DNA of 64,000 bases from Candidatus Bathyarchaeia archaeon. Lineage in GTDB: Archaea > Thermoproteota > Bathyarchaeia > Bathyarchaeales > Bathycorpusculaceae. The notes under the pieces are model-generated. The model searched no databases and was not told the origin of the DNA. It saw nothing but the letters and a program-made list of their open reading frames with translations. Positions 8,441-18,333 of this stretch are shown piece by piece. The stretch is from assembly GCA_038883655.1 (NCBI GenBank), contig JAVZLQ010000001.1:224001-288000 (forward strand), read 5' to 3'. Both the position numbers and the translations under genes were made by a program. Position 1 is the first letter of the stretch. Each line of letters starts with the position of its first letter.

Positions 8441-9754
8441 TTACGAAATTTCCTCAACTTTTGCTTTTCTGCGTCTTCCCAAACCCATAAACTTTAGCTT
8501 TGCCGTCAATATTTTCTCTGTTGCAAAGAGCCTTGAAGCTGCATACATAACAATCAGAGTGAAGACTGAAACGTAGACTATGCCAAAAACAACCGTCCAG
8601 TAATCGCCAATTAAAATGACTTTTGATGCTATAATTGGCTGGCTGAAAGGAATGGCGAACAAAACAAGCTTGAAGGCAAAAGGCAAGGTGTTGATGTCTA
8701 AAAACATTAGGGCGAGGGATGGTAAGAAAACCATTGGGTAAATGTTGCTGACGAGGGCTTGGGCACTTCTAACGTCTTCGGCGAAAGCCGATAGAATAAC
8801 AGACAAGGCTAAAACCGCAATTATGGTGACGAAAAGCGACAAACCCAAAAGCAAATAGCCGAAAGCCGAAGGCGCAAGCCCCAAAGCAGCTAAATCCAAG
8901 TTTAAGCCTGCTGTGTCTCCAACCATAACAGAGCCAAGCATATAACTGTAGCCAGCCATGTAGGCGGCGGCACCTATAGCTGCAACGATAATAGAGCTTG
9001 AAAGCTTACCCCAAAGAATCGCAAGACGATCCATAGGCAACGTTAAAAGAGTTTCCAGAGTTTTTTCCTCCTTCTCCACAGCCATGGAAGCCGCGACGAT
9101 CTGAGGAGCATAAGAAAGCAGGAAAAACACAGCTAGTGGTAAGGCTATGGACTGCGACATTAAAAGTCCAGAAATAACAGTTGGATCTACGCCATATTTA
9201 ACTTCGCCTTTGATCACTGTTGCCTTCTCAGAGTATAAAACGTCTGGAGCGTAGTGTCTGTTGAACATGCTTATTAAAGCGTCAACCGCTGAAGAGCTGA
9301 CGCTTTCAAAGACACTTGTTCCGTGCAAGACACCGTAAAACCTCACACAAGCCTTCACACTGAAGTTGCTGAAATAGGCGGTTACGTTTTGACTAAACCC
9401 CTCCGGAATTTCCAGAATCTGGGTGGTGTTGTATTTGGACAAAAGCTCCAAAATTTTTTCGCTATCCAACGGTTTTATGTTGTTTTCAGTGTAAATGGTC
9501 AAATTAGAGCCGATGGCATTCAAACTTTCTAAGAAATTGATGAAATTGATAGACCAGTATTCGCCGTCGTTGTTTACTATTACCAAACTGGCTTTTATGG
9601 CTTGTTCCTGGGCTGTTTGTGCTACATAACCCATTACCCCACCCATAACAGGAAATAGGACAAGTGGCACAACAATCATGGGCAGTAGGATTTTCGGGTC
9701 TCTTATTAGCTCTTTAAGTTCTTTCAAGAGGAAGGTTCCGAATCCTTTAAGCAA
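8441..9754 (-). CDS. ABC-2 type transporter permease (NatB-like)
   Basis: KELKELIRD N-terminus; EKEEKTLETLLTLP motif; multiple TM segments. Confidence 0.85.
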   Translation of the reverse strand: MLKGFGTFLLKELKELIRDPKILLPMIVVPLVLFPVMGGVMGYVAQTAQEQAIKASLVIVNNDGEYWSINFINFLESLNAIGSNLTIYTENNIKPLDSEKILELLSKYNTTQILEIPEGFSQNVTAYFSNFSVKACVRFYGVLHGTSVFESVSSSAVDALISMFNRHYAPDVLYSEKATVIKGEVKYGVDPTVISGLLMSQSIALPLAVFFLLSYAPQIVAASMAVEKEEKTLETLLTLPMDRLAILWGKLSSSIIVAAIGAAAYMAGYSYMLGSVMVGDTAGLNLDLAALGLAPSAFGYLLLGLSLFVTIIAVLALSVILSAFAEDVRSAQALVSNIYPMVFLPSLALMFLDINTLPFAFKLVLFAIPFSQPIIASKVILIGDYWTVVFGIVYVSVFTLIVMYAASRLFATEKILTAKLKFMGLGRRRKAKVEEIS

Positions 9755-10478
9755 TCTTAACCACCTTTGCGAAAACCTCTTCCAAGTTTGTACATTCAAA
9801 TTTTTCTTTAAGCTCTTGAGGGGCGCCTTCAGCCACGAGTTTGCCCTTGTTTATTAGGGCGACTCTGTCGCACAAGCGTTCTACTTCCAGCATGTTGTGG
9901 CTTGAAAGTAGCACCGTTACGCCGTGCTCTTCCACGTATCGTTTTATTATTTCTCTAACATGGTAGGAGTGTATGACGTCCAAACCGCTTGTTGGTTCAT
10001 CCAAAATCGCTAGTTTAGGCTTAAGCATAAGCGCCCTTGCCACCAAAAGCCGACGTTTCATTCCCTTACTGTAGGTTTTAGTTTTGTCTTTAAGGCGCTC
10101 GCCTAAACCAGATATTTGAGCAGCCTCATTAACCATTGCACGAACAGCATCCTTGTCTTTAGCGCTGAATTTTGCCATAAACTCAAGATACTCCCATCCC
10201 GATAGATACCTGTACGCTCCAGCTTCCTCGGGAAGGTATGTTATTATTTTACGGACTTCACTTGCCCTTTCAACAACATCTAAACCAAAAACTTTGGCAG
10301 TTCCAGAAGTCGGCAAGAGCAGCGTGGAAATTATGCGCAAGGCTGTTGTTTTTCCAGCGCCATTTGGACCAATTAAGCCGAAAATTTCTTCTTGTTTGAT
10401 TTTGAGGCTCAACCCGTCTAGGGCGCGTATGTTTCCGAACACTTTAACGAGGTTTTGTGTTTCAACTGCAAAGCTCAT
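9747..10478 (-). CDS. ABC transporter ATP-binding protein
   Basis: Walker A GPNGAGKT, signature YSKGMKRR, Walker B ILDEPTSGLD. Confidence 0.95.
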   Translation of the reverse strand: MSFAVETQNLVKVFGNIRALDGLSLKIKQEEIFGLIGPNGAGKTTALRIISTLLLPTSGTAKVFGLDVVERASEVRKIITYLPEEAGAYRYLSGWEYLEFMAKFSAKDKDAVRAMVNEAAQISGLGERLKDKTKTYSKGMKRRLLVARALMLKPKLAILDEPTSGLDVIHSYHVREIIKRYVEEHGVTVLLSSHNMLEVERLCDRVALINKGKLVAEGAPQELKEKFECTNLEEVFAKVVKIA

Positions 10479-10543
10479 TGTTGTTTGCCCCAAAACCATT
10501 AATCCAGCATGTTTAAAAGGGTTAAGGTCTCAAATGTGCTTTT

Positions 10544-11050
10544 TCATCTTTTTGAGGGTGGCACATACTTAACATTAAGTGTCTCCGTAAGTTTTCGCAG
10601 TTCTCTTTCACTAAGCCACTCCGTCTTTAGGTACTGGCATATCCTAGCGTCGTCCAAACCGAGCCTACGGGCTTCTTCAACAGCGTGGCGATATGCCTCA
10701 ATCTCCGTTGGTCTTCCAACATAGTCATACCTATCATCGAAAAGTTTCTTTCCCTCCATGAATTGCTTCACATGAACCAGTTCATGGATAATGTCTAAGT
10801 AAATGTCGATCAAGTCGCCATTATTCAAGTAGTACGCGCTAATCATCAAGTGGCCGTCCACTTCGCTTACGCCCATGTAACCCCTAAAACCCACAAACTC
10901 CACTCGAAGGTTACGTAGAACATCGGCTGTTTTTTCGCCGAAAATGCGCCTAACAGCCTCAACATTTTCAAAACCCCTAAAATACTTCGTGAAAGGATGC
11001 GTCGTAATCCTAACGTTTCTAGGTATCTTAACTCCAAGCTGCGCCTCCAC
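10544..11050 (-). CDS. Small zincin-like putative metallopeptidase
   Basis: HELVH (HExxH) plus downstream EIEAY third-ligand motif. Confidence 0.6.
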   Translation of the reverse strand: MEAQLGVKIPRNVRITTHPFTKYFRGFENVEAVRRIFGEKTADVLRNLRVEFVGFRGYMGVSEVDGHLMISAYYLNNGDLIDIYLDIIHELVHVKQFMEGKKLFDDRYDYVGRPTEIEAYRHAVEEARRLGLDDARICQYLKTEWLSERELRKLTETLNVKYVPPSKR

Positions 11051-11161
11051 GGTTGCTGTTAACCCCCCTAGTTTCGAGTTTTCATGTTCATCGTCCTAGT
11101 AAAGTTTATGCCGACAAAAATGAGATAAACACGCACCACAAAGGACCAAAGAGGAGAGTCG

Positions 11162-12004
11162 ATGTTTAAGGTTAAGAAGATGTCTTCAGAAGACATTGAA
11201 TTCGCAGTTCACATAACTGACACAATGAACTGGAACCTAACAGAACAAGATTTCGCGTTTATGATACAGCTTGAACCAGAAGGATGCTTTACGCTGATGT
11301 GCAACTCGGAAAGAATTGGCATAACAACAACCATATGCTACGGCAAAATCGGCTGGATTGGGAACGTTGTCGTGGATGAAAAGTACCGCAGAAAAGGCGC
11401 TGGAAGCATCCTCATAAAGCACGCCATAAACCACTTGAAACGCAAAGGCGCCGAAACAATAGGCTTATACTCATACAAGGAAAAGGCAAACTTTTATGCG
11501 AGGCTAGGCTTCAAACGCAACTTACAATTCACGGTTTTAAATGGCAAAGCTTCCTCTCCAAATTTTGAGATAGCTAAAGTGAAAGAGGCGGAAAAAACTG
11601 AAATGCAGAAGATAATCGAATTCGACAGCCTCTACTTCGGGGCATCAAGAAAAAAGCTGCTTGAAAAAATTGTTGAAGAAAAAGACAACTTATGCTACTA
11701 TTATGCTAAGGATGGGGAAATTTTGGGATACGCTATGGCAAAAGTTTATGGGCACTACGTGGAGATAGGCCCGCTCATCTGCAGAAGAGGAAAAAGCCAC
11801 GTAGCCAAAAACCTTTTGAACGCGATGCTGAAGAAGGTTGAGGGTTCCGAGGTTTCAATTTGCCTACCAAAAAAGGAAAAGGCGATGGTAAACATGCTTT
11901 TAGATTACGGATTTAAGGAAAGCTTTACGGTTTTTAGGATGTTTTTTGGACCATTAGCTTTTAGGGACTGCATTTACATTGCAGAATCTCTAGAGAGAGG
12001 ATGA
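11162..12004 (+). CDS. Two-domain GNAT N-acetyltransferase
   Basis: VVVDEKYRRKGAG acetyl-CoA motif; second degenerate GNAT domain with IGPL. Confidence 0.85.
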   Translation: MFKVKKMSSEDIEFAVHITDTMNWNLTEQDFAFMIQLEPEGCFTLMCNSERIGITTTICYGKIGWIGNVVVDEKYRRKGAGSILIKHAINHLKRKGAETIGLYSYKEKANFYARLGFKRNLQFTVLNGKASSPNFEIAKVKEAEKTEMQKIIEFDSLYFGASRKKLLEKIVEEKDNLCYYYAKDGEILGYAMAKVYGHYVEIGPLICRRGKSHVAKNLLNAMLKKVEGSEVSICLPKKEKAMVNMLLDYGFKESFTVFRMFFGPLAFRDCIYIAESLERG

Positions 12005-12010
12005 AAGTAT

Positions 12011-13369
12011 TTGACACAACAGAACTTAGCCAAAACTATTCTTGAGGATTTCTTAAAGAATTCGCGTTCATGCATAGAAGTTTTGGTGAAGGAACTTGCA
12101 GAATTTGAGGGAAACGAGAAAAGGGAATTCACATTCTTCCAGTTTAAAAATGGCAAGAAACACGAAGTTAAGCTTAGTGGCAATCACTTCTTCTTAAGAA
12201 GCTCAGTTGAATACTCAAATCCACAGTTAACGGTTGAGGAAGTTCAAGGAATAATCGCCGCCCGCCTACTCGAAGTCTGCGGAAATTACTTCCACGAGCA
12301 TGGCTTAAGAGAAATCCAAAAAGAGGACGTTGACGAACTATGCGTGATACTGCAAAAACCGCCAGAAGGAAAAATCATCGCATTTCTACTCAACACAGAC
12401 GACACGGAACCAGATAGATATTCAATGAACCCGCTGAAAGAGTCGATTGTAACCAGCGGGCAAAGCGCTTTTCCATCAGCCTACGTCAAAACTGGACAGC
12501 TAAAAATTGACGAAAACTTTGTCAAAAAATATGATGGTACACTAATATCGCAGGGCGAAATTGAACTGATAATGCGTCACATGGAAACTTGCAACAACAG
12601 CTACGTGGACATGGTTGACGCAGTGAAATACGAACAAATGGAGGAGCTCTCTGAAACTTTCGGAATAAACCTATGCTTATATGCCATACGCATGCCGATC
12701 GAAACTATGCAAAAAGAAGACACGCAAGGCTTGCTGCACCACGTTATAAAAGAAACGCATAGGGACTATTATGCGGTTGAAGGCGCATACCAGTGCATGG
12801 GCAGAAGCATGAAAAAGCGCACAACACTTTTAACCGTTCCGCATTCTGCTAAGGGTTATGGCTCAAAACGTGCGGCAAGAGGCAGAATCTACTTTGAAAA
12901 TGAAAAGCTGAAAAGCGTAAAAGTGACATACAAAACCACACTGCTTTATCCAAACGCCATAGATCCAAACGACGTAAGCATAGCAGAAGCCGAAGACGAA
13001 TTTACAGTTGAAGGAGAAGCCCTAACAAACTACGATTTCAAAAAAACTCCATCCTCACCACAATTCTTCCTATACGCGCTCGCTTCGCCAGAAAACGCCG
13101 CACTTTGGCATGGCATAGGCGTCTTCGGCGCAAAAGAACTCTTAAAAAGCTACGCATCAATCCGTAGAGCATGCGCAAGCAACAACGCCCCGGTAAGGAA
13201 TTTAAGCGCCTACGGAGTATCCACAAAAATCCCGATACAGTTTAACCTCGCGCCCCAACACATGTGGGTTCACCCAAAACACCGCAACATAGACGCAAGC
13301 ATAGGCTGTGTCCAAAACATCGAGGAACTGGCAAAAATGGGCATGCACGTTGACCACATCCCACTATGA
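12011..13369 (+). CDS. Hypothetical soluble protein, 452 aa, no recognised family
   Basis: Long ORF tightly coupled between GNAT and MBL genes. Confidence 0.75.
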   Translation: MTQQNLAKTILEDFLKNSRSCIEVLVKELAEFEGNEKREFTFFQFKNGKKHEVKLSGNHFFLRSSVEYSNPQLTVEEVQGIIAARLLEVCGNYFHEHGLREIQKEDVDELCVILQKPPEGKIIAFLLNTDDTEPDRYSMNPLKESIVTSGQSAFPSAYVKTGQLKIDENFVKKYDGTLISQGEIELIMRHMETCNNSYVDMVDAVKYEQMEELSETFGINLCLYAIRMPIETMQKEDTQGLLHHVIKETHRDYYAVEGAYQCMGRSMKKRTTLLTVPHSAKGYGSKRAARGRIYFENEKLKSVKVTYKTTLLYPNAIDPNDVSIAEAEDEFTVEGEALTNYDFKKTPSSPQFFLYALASPENAALWHGIGVFGAKELLKSYASIRRACASNNAPVRNLSAYGVSTKIPIQFNLAPQHMWVHPKHRNIDASIGCVQNIEELAKMGMHVDHIPL

Positions 13370-13382
13370 AGGAGGCCAAAAA

Positions 13383-13994
13383 ATGTTTTTTAGGCAGATA
13401 AAGCACCGCGGCGACAACTTCTCATACATAATAGCAGACGAAACAACAGGAGAAGCCGCTGTAATAGACCCAAGCTTCAACACAGAAGCCATAACACAGA
13501 TCTTGAAAACCCACGGCCTCCAACTAAAATACATAATAAACACACATGGACACAAGGACCACACGGCGGGCAACCAAGAGCTGCAAGAAAGGTTTAATAC
13601 AAAAATTGTAGCCCACAAAAAATCAAAAATCAACAAGCACGTAAGCGTAGAAGACGGGGACACCATAAAAATTGGACAAATAACAGCAAGGGTTATCCAC
13701 ACGCCCGGACACACACCGGACAGCATATGCCTCCTAGTAAACGGTAAACTATTTACAGGCGACACTCTCTTTGTCGGGGAATGCGGAAGAACAGATTTAC
13801 CGGGCGGAAGCGCAGAAGACCTGTACAACAGCCTCTTCAACAAAATTTTGAAACTAAATGACGAAATAGAAGTTTATCCAGGACACGACTATGGAGAACA
13901 ACCCCACTCGACAATAGGCAGAGAAAGAAAAACAAACTACACACTTGAAAGGCGTACACTCGAAGAATTCATCAAATTTATGGAACAACAGTGA
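13383..13994 (+). CDS. Metallo-beta-lactamase-fold hydrolase (glyoxalase II-like)
   Basis: THGHKDH, TPGHT, FTGDTLF, YPGHDY motifs; GGAGG SD. Confidence 0.9.
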   Translation: MFFRQIKHRGDNFSYIIADETTGEAAVIDPSFNTEAITQILKTHGLQLKYIINTHGHKDHTAGNQELQERFNTKIVAHKKSKINKHVSVEDGDTIKIGQITARVIHTPGHTPDSICLLVNGKLFTGDTLFVGECGRTDLPGGSAEDLYNSLFNKILKLNDEIEVYPGHDYGEQPHSTIGRERKTNYTLERRTLEEFIKFMEQQ

Positions 13995-14069
13995 TGGGCC
14001 GGACCGGATTTGAACCGGTGACCTTCCGCACGTCAAGCGGATGTCCTAACCGAGCTAGACTACCGGCCC
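13995..14069 (-). tRNA. tRNA-Val(GAC)
   Basis: GGGCCGG/CCGGCCC acceptor, TCCGC-TTGACGT-GCGGA anticodon arm, ACCGG-TTCAAAT-CCGGT T arm; CCA not encoded. Confidence 0.95.
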
Positions 14070-14299
14070 ACTGAACTAGTTACTGCAAAGCTTGAATATT
14101 TTATTTTCTTTTGCGGTATATAGCCACTTCGTCTTTTTCATCGAACGTATAAATTCAAACAGTTCTTAGCTAACTTTCCCCTTTTCTAAGTTTTGGCGGT
14201 TGCCGCGTGCATAGGTCTATGTTTTTAAGTTTCTTGTGTCCGAGTAAGTATTAAACGTATTTATTTCTCTGCTGACAAAGTTTTGCGAACAGTTGAAAT

Positions 14300-14445
14300 G
14301 TTCATGTTGAATATGAACTCACTAGTTTTAAGTAACATTTAATATCGCAACACTTGTCACACCATAAATAAATACCATGGAAGACATGTACGCTGAATGT
14401 TACTAACAAAACAACATAAACATTTTAAATTTTGACAATTAATTG
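14300..14445 (+). promoter_or_regulatory. Promoter region of DUF917 gene with several palindromes
   Basis: GTTCAT-N7-ATGAAC (14300-14318), TGTTACTAACA (14398-14408), TATA-like TTTTAAAT (14423-14430), CAATTAATTG (14436-14445). Confidence 0.45.
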
Positions 14446-14469
14446 ATATAGCACTAGAAGTGGTGAAAA

Positions 14470-15594
14470 ATGATTGAACTAACAAAGAGGAATCTTGAAA
14501 GCCTATTGGTCGGCGCTGAAATAATGGGTTGTGGTGGTGGGGGGCCGCCTGAGTGGGCTGCTAATGCGATATCTGATATCCTAAAGCGAGGCAGACGATT
14601 TCGCTTAGTTGATCCAAAGGAGGTGGCTGATGATAAACTCGTGGTAATAGTTGGACGGGTGGGCGGAGGAGTGTCTGAAGATATTGAAAAGAAAGTTGCG
14701 AAACTTAAGAAGATTTATGAAAATCCAGAGTACATTGCTGTGAAGGAACTATCTAAATATTTGGGGGAAGAACCCTATGCTTTCTTGCCCAGCGAAATTG
14801 GAGCAGGGAATACCGCCCTTCCCATGTGTATTGCAGCTATGAATGATGCCGTGACTATTGATGGTGACGCTTGTGGAAGGGCTAAGCCGGAAATAGCAAT
14901 ATCTACCACACATATTCGTGGGCTATCAGCTACACCTTTGGCTATTGTGAGTCCATTTGGCGATGTTATGATACTAAAAGAATCTGTTGACGATTTTAGA
15001 GTTGAGGATATATGCAGACAGATGGCCATAGCATCAGGTGGATTATGCGGAGTCTGTAGGTTACCAGCAAGGGGTAAAGACATCAAAAATGCAATAGTTC
15101 ATAATTCCATATCTAAGGCTATTGCAATCGGAGAAGCGATAACAGAAAGTCGAAAGAAAAAACAAGATCCCGTTAGGGCTTTTATTGAGAGTTCAGGTGG
15201 ATATGAGCTTTTTAAAGGCATAGTAGAGAGTTGGACACGGACTAAAGCAGGTGCCTTCATGGAGGGTTATATTACCATTAAGGGCGTAGAGAAATATTTT
15301 GGACAGAGCATGAAAATATGGTATAAAAACGAGTTTCTCATAAGCTGGTTGAACGGCGAGCCATACGTCACTTGTCCAGATTTAATATGCATCGTTGATT
15401 CTTCCACTTCAAGAGGGCTCTCAAATTGGATTGAAAACATAAAAGATAATGTGGGAAAAAGCGTTGTTGTTGTAGGAATTAAATGCGCAGACGTGTGGCG
15501 AACAGATAAAGGAATAAAATTGTTTGGTCCGGAGCATTTTGGGTTTGATATCAAATATACTCCGATAGAGAAATTGCTTAATGCGAAAGTATAG
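14470..15594 (+). CDS. DUF917 family protein (S-methyl-thiohydantoin desulfurase-like)
   Basis: GAEIMGCGGGG, EIGAGN, DGDACGRAKPE, NEFL, PDLIC motifs; GGTGA SD. Confidence 0.85.
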   Translation: MIELTKRNLESLLVGAEIMGCGGGGPPEWAANAISDILKRGRRFRLVDPKEVADDKLVVIVGRVGGGVSEDIEKKVAKLKKIYENPEYIAVKELSKYLGEEPYAFLPSEIGAGNTALPMCIAAMNDAVTIDGDACGRAKPEIAISTTHIRGLSATPLAIVSPFGDVMILKESVDDFRVEDICRQMAIASGGLCGVCRLPARGKDIKNAIVHNSISKAIAIGEAITESRKKKQDPVRAFIESSGGYELFKGIVESWTRTKAGAFMEGYITIKGVEKYFGQSMKIWYKNEFLISWLNGEPYVTCPDLICIVDSSTSRGLSNWIENIKDNVGKSVVVVGIKCADVWRTDKGIKLFGPEHFGFDIKYTPIEKLLNAKV

Positions 15595-15597
15595 TCT

Positions 15598-17511
15598 TTA
15601 TGGAATTACTCCTTTCTCTCTAAGTTTATCTGCAACATCCTTCATTTCAAGTTTTACAAGGGTTTCGTATGTTGGTTTGCCAGTTTCTGGATTCCATCCA
15701 TGAAGTAGGTAATATTCATGTAAAAGTCCATCCAATTCTTCTTTTGAGTTCACTAATCCTTTTGCTGGTCCCTTGCTGACTGGCTCATTCATTAATCTCC
15801 AGGGTAGAGTGTCGTCTTTTCTGGTTAGTCCTTCTCGAATATTGAAGCATCTTTCTAAAGTTACGGTGCGCCTTCCAACTAGCATTAGATCGTCACTTTT
15901 AAGTTTGACTCCTGTTACTGCGTAATACATTTCAGCCAAGGTTTCCGGCGTAAGTATATAAGTAGTCGTTGTTGCGAATGAACAAAGACCTAAAACCTCT
16001 GTTAAAGCGAACATATCTTCATGCCATCTCACAATGCTGGCTTTTTTATCTGGTATGTATGGATTTGCGTACTTCACGTCTCCAGTCAATTGTTTCACAA
16101 GCTCTCTAGATTCTGGATATATGCCCATTTCAGCCATTGGTTGCGCGTGAAGATGATCCGGGCCTCTGGGGTTTACAGCGAATGCAAGAGCATAGGCTTT
16201 CGCGCTTCTTGTGTCGACGCGTGATTGTTCTAAACCTCTGGCTTGCACTGCATACTTCCACGAGTCCTTGCCTACAATACTTGATGCTTTGCGTAGGCCT
16301 TCAGCAAGAATGTTTCCAAAACCTTCTCTGTGCACTATTCTCTTAAGTAATTCAATAGTGTTATCCGCATCTCCCCATGTAATGTTTAAGCCATCCACAT
16401 CCTCCCTCGATAAAATCCCTTTTTCAAGACACTCCATAGTCCATTGGATGACAGCAGCAACGCTTAATCCATCCAATCCATAAAGTCCACACAGTATATG
16501 CAAGTGTAATACTGCTTCTGGATTCCCAATTCCGCAACCTGCTCCAAAAGCCGCAAGCGTCTCGTATTCAGGTCCACCTCCATAGCATTGGTACTTACCC
16601 TTATCTACAATTAGGTACTTGTGGCAGTGTATTGGGCATGCAGTGCACGCTTTTCTTTTGCGAATATATTGCTTCTCAACCAGCGTTACGCCATCTATAT
16701 CCGCAGCCTTCTCGAATGAGGGTTCTTTAAAATTGAAACTTGGGAGGGCACCTATCTCGTTTATTGGATCTATCGATCCTGAGGTGCCGTATTTCATGTA
16801 GGTGACCGCTTTAACGCTTTTAGGAATCTTGGAAACAGCGTCTAAAACTAGTTGCCTAAGAAGCTGTGGATCATAAACTTCTATTTTCTCCCTATTCCCG
16901 TGCACAGCCATCGCTTTAAAGTTTTTAGAACCCATAACGGCACCTAATCCACCCCGCGCTGCAAAATGGTATACGGATACACTTATTCCAGCAAACTTAA
17001 CGAGTTTTTCCCCAGCAGGTCCAATGCATGCGACATGGACATCTTTCCCAAGATCTTTTCTTAGAATTATGTTTGTTTCTCTAGTGTCCTTACCCCAGAT
17101 ATGAGATGCATCTTTTATGTCAACGTGATCATTATCTATGTATAAATAAACTGGTCTATCGGCTTTTCCTTTGACTATTATGTAGTTGTATCCGGCAAAT
17201 CTAATTTCAGATGCAAGATGTCCACCAGAATTGGATTTAAAGTAAAGATTTGTTAGCGGACTTTTGCTTGTGACTGTAAGTTGCCCAGCTGTTGGGATGA
17301 AAGTGCCAGCAAAAGGGCCTGTCCCAAATATGATTGGATTATCCTCTCCAAGAGGATCCGTGTTCGCGTCCGTCATGTCGAATAGATAAGCTGCGTTTAC
17401 TCCTCTTCCGCCAATGTAACGATCAAGGTAAGACGTGGGAGTGTCTTCCACTTTTATTTTGCTGGTGCTCAAATCAATGGTTAAGGTTTTGCTAACTGTA
17501 GCCATTACCAT
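15598..17511 (-). CDS. aor: Tungsten-containing aldehyde:ferredoxin oxidoreductase (AOR/WOR family)
   Basis: YIGGRG, KSPLT, SNSGG, AARGGLGAVMGSKNFKA, CTACPIHC, PEYET, RGPDHL motifs. Confidence 0.9.
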   Translation of the reverse strand: MVMATVSKTLTIDLSTSKIKVEDTPTSYLDRYIGGRGVNAAYLFDMTDANTDPLGEDNPIIFGTGPFAGTFIPTAGQLTVTSKSPLTNLYFKSNSGGHLASEIRFAGYNYIIVKGKADRPVYLYIDNDHVDIKDASHIWGKDTRETNIILRKDLGKDVHVACIGPAGEKLVKFAGISVSVYHFAARGGLGAVMGSKNFKAMAVHGNREKIEVYDPQLLRQLVLDAVSKIPKSVKAVTYMKYGTSGSIDPINEIGALPSFNFKEPSFEKAADIDGVTLVEKQYIRKRKACTACPIHCHKYLIVDKGKYQCYGGGPEYETLAAFGAGCGIGNPEAVLHLHILCGLYGLDGLSVAAVIQWTMECLEKGILSREDVDGLNITWGDADNTIELLKRIVHREGFGNILAEGLRKASSIVGKDSWKYAVQARGLEQSRVDTRSAKAYALAFAVNPRGPDHLHAQPMAEMGIYPESRELVKQLTGDVKYANPYIPDKKASIVRWHEDMFALTEVLGLCSFATTTTYILTPETLAEMYYAVTGVKLKSDDLMLVGRRTVTLERCFNIREGLTRKDDTLPWRLMNEPVSKGPAKGLVNSKEELDGLLHEYYLLHGWNPETGKPTYETLVKLEMKDVADKLREKGVIP

Positions 17512-17519
17512 AAATCATA

Positions 17520-17978
17520 TCACTCTCCAATTTTCTTGAGCATATTTTTAATTTTCACTTTTATTACGTCTCTCGTAGCTTCAAGAAATTGCAAAGCATT
17601 AGCTGTGCAATAATTTATACACTCCGGAGAGCCTTCGCAAAGGTCGCACTTCATTGCCTTCCCATCGTAGCCTGTAAATATGCTATTGTATGGGCATGCT
17701 TTTACACAGTTTCCACAAGCAATGCAAGAATCAGCATCAACTTTAAAGATTGAAACTTTTGGATCGTAGGTTATGGCATTCACTGCGCAAGCGTCTACGC
17801 ATGGATGTTCTCCACATTGTTCACACACATGCGGTGTATAAACACCCAATACTTCATCCTCGGCTATTCTTATTCTAGAATTCAGAGGGTTGAAGGATTT
17901 TTCATGTTTCAGCGAGCAAGCCAACATACAGAGTTTACAACCAGTACATTTTTCTGAGTCCGCAAGAAGAACTTTCAT
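17520..17978 (-). CDS. Polyferredoxin (four 4Fe-4S) electron-transfer subunit of AOR
   Basis: CTGCKLC, CEQC..PCVDAC, CIACGNCVKACP, KCDLC motifs. Confidence 0.9.
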   Translation of the reverse strand: MKVLLADSEKCTGCKLCMLACSLKHEKSFNPLNSRIRIAEDEVLGVYTPHVCEQCGEHPCVDACAVNAITYDPKVSIFKVDADSCIACGNCVKACPYNSIFTGYDGKAMKCDLCEGSPECINYCTANALQFLEATRDVIKVKIKNMLKKIGE

Positions 17979-17996
17979 AGATTAGGCTCCTCTCCG

Positions 17997-18281
17997 TTAT
18001 AGTTCTTCGCGTGTTAACTTAAAGGTAACAGTTCTATTTGGGTCTGGACATTGCACGTCATGGAGCAGATTTATCCAGTCCTCTTTAGGTGTTTTTCTGC
18101 ACGCGGCCACAAAGTATAGTCCAAGGGAAGATAAAGCCCACAAACATAGTTTGTCGCTTTTCTCTTTTACTATCTCTGGTTCTTCGAAAACTATTTTGTC
18201 CCCAACTTTGTAATATGGACAATTTCTTACATCTTTCACTGTGGCTATAACACGGTATTTTATAGGAGTTTGTTCGGTCAT
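17997..18281 (-). CDS. TIGR04076-like small Cys-containing protein
   Basis: CPYYKVGDKI, LCLWAL, QCPDP motifs. Confidence 0.75.
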   Translation of the reverse strand: MTEQTPIKYRVIATVKDVRNCPYYKVGDKIVFEEPEIVKEKSDKLCLWALSSLGLYFVAACRKTPKEDWINLLHDVQCPDPNRTVTFKLTREEL

Positions 18282-18333
18282 AACATCTCACTTTAAACTG
18301 ATAGGTAGTAAGACAAAGAGAATTAAATTTTTC

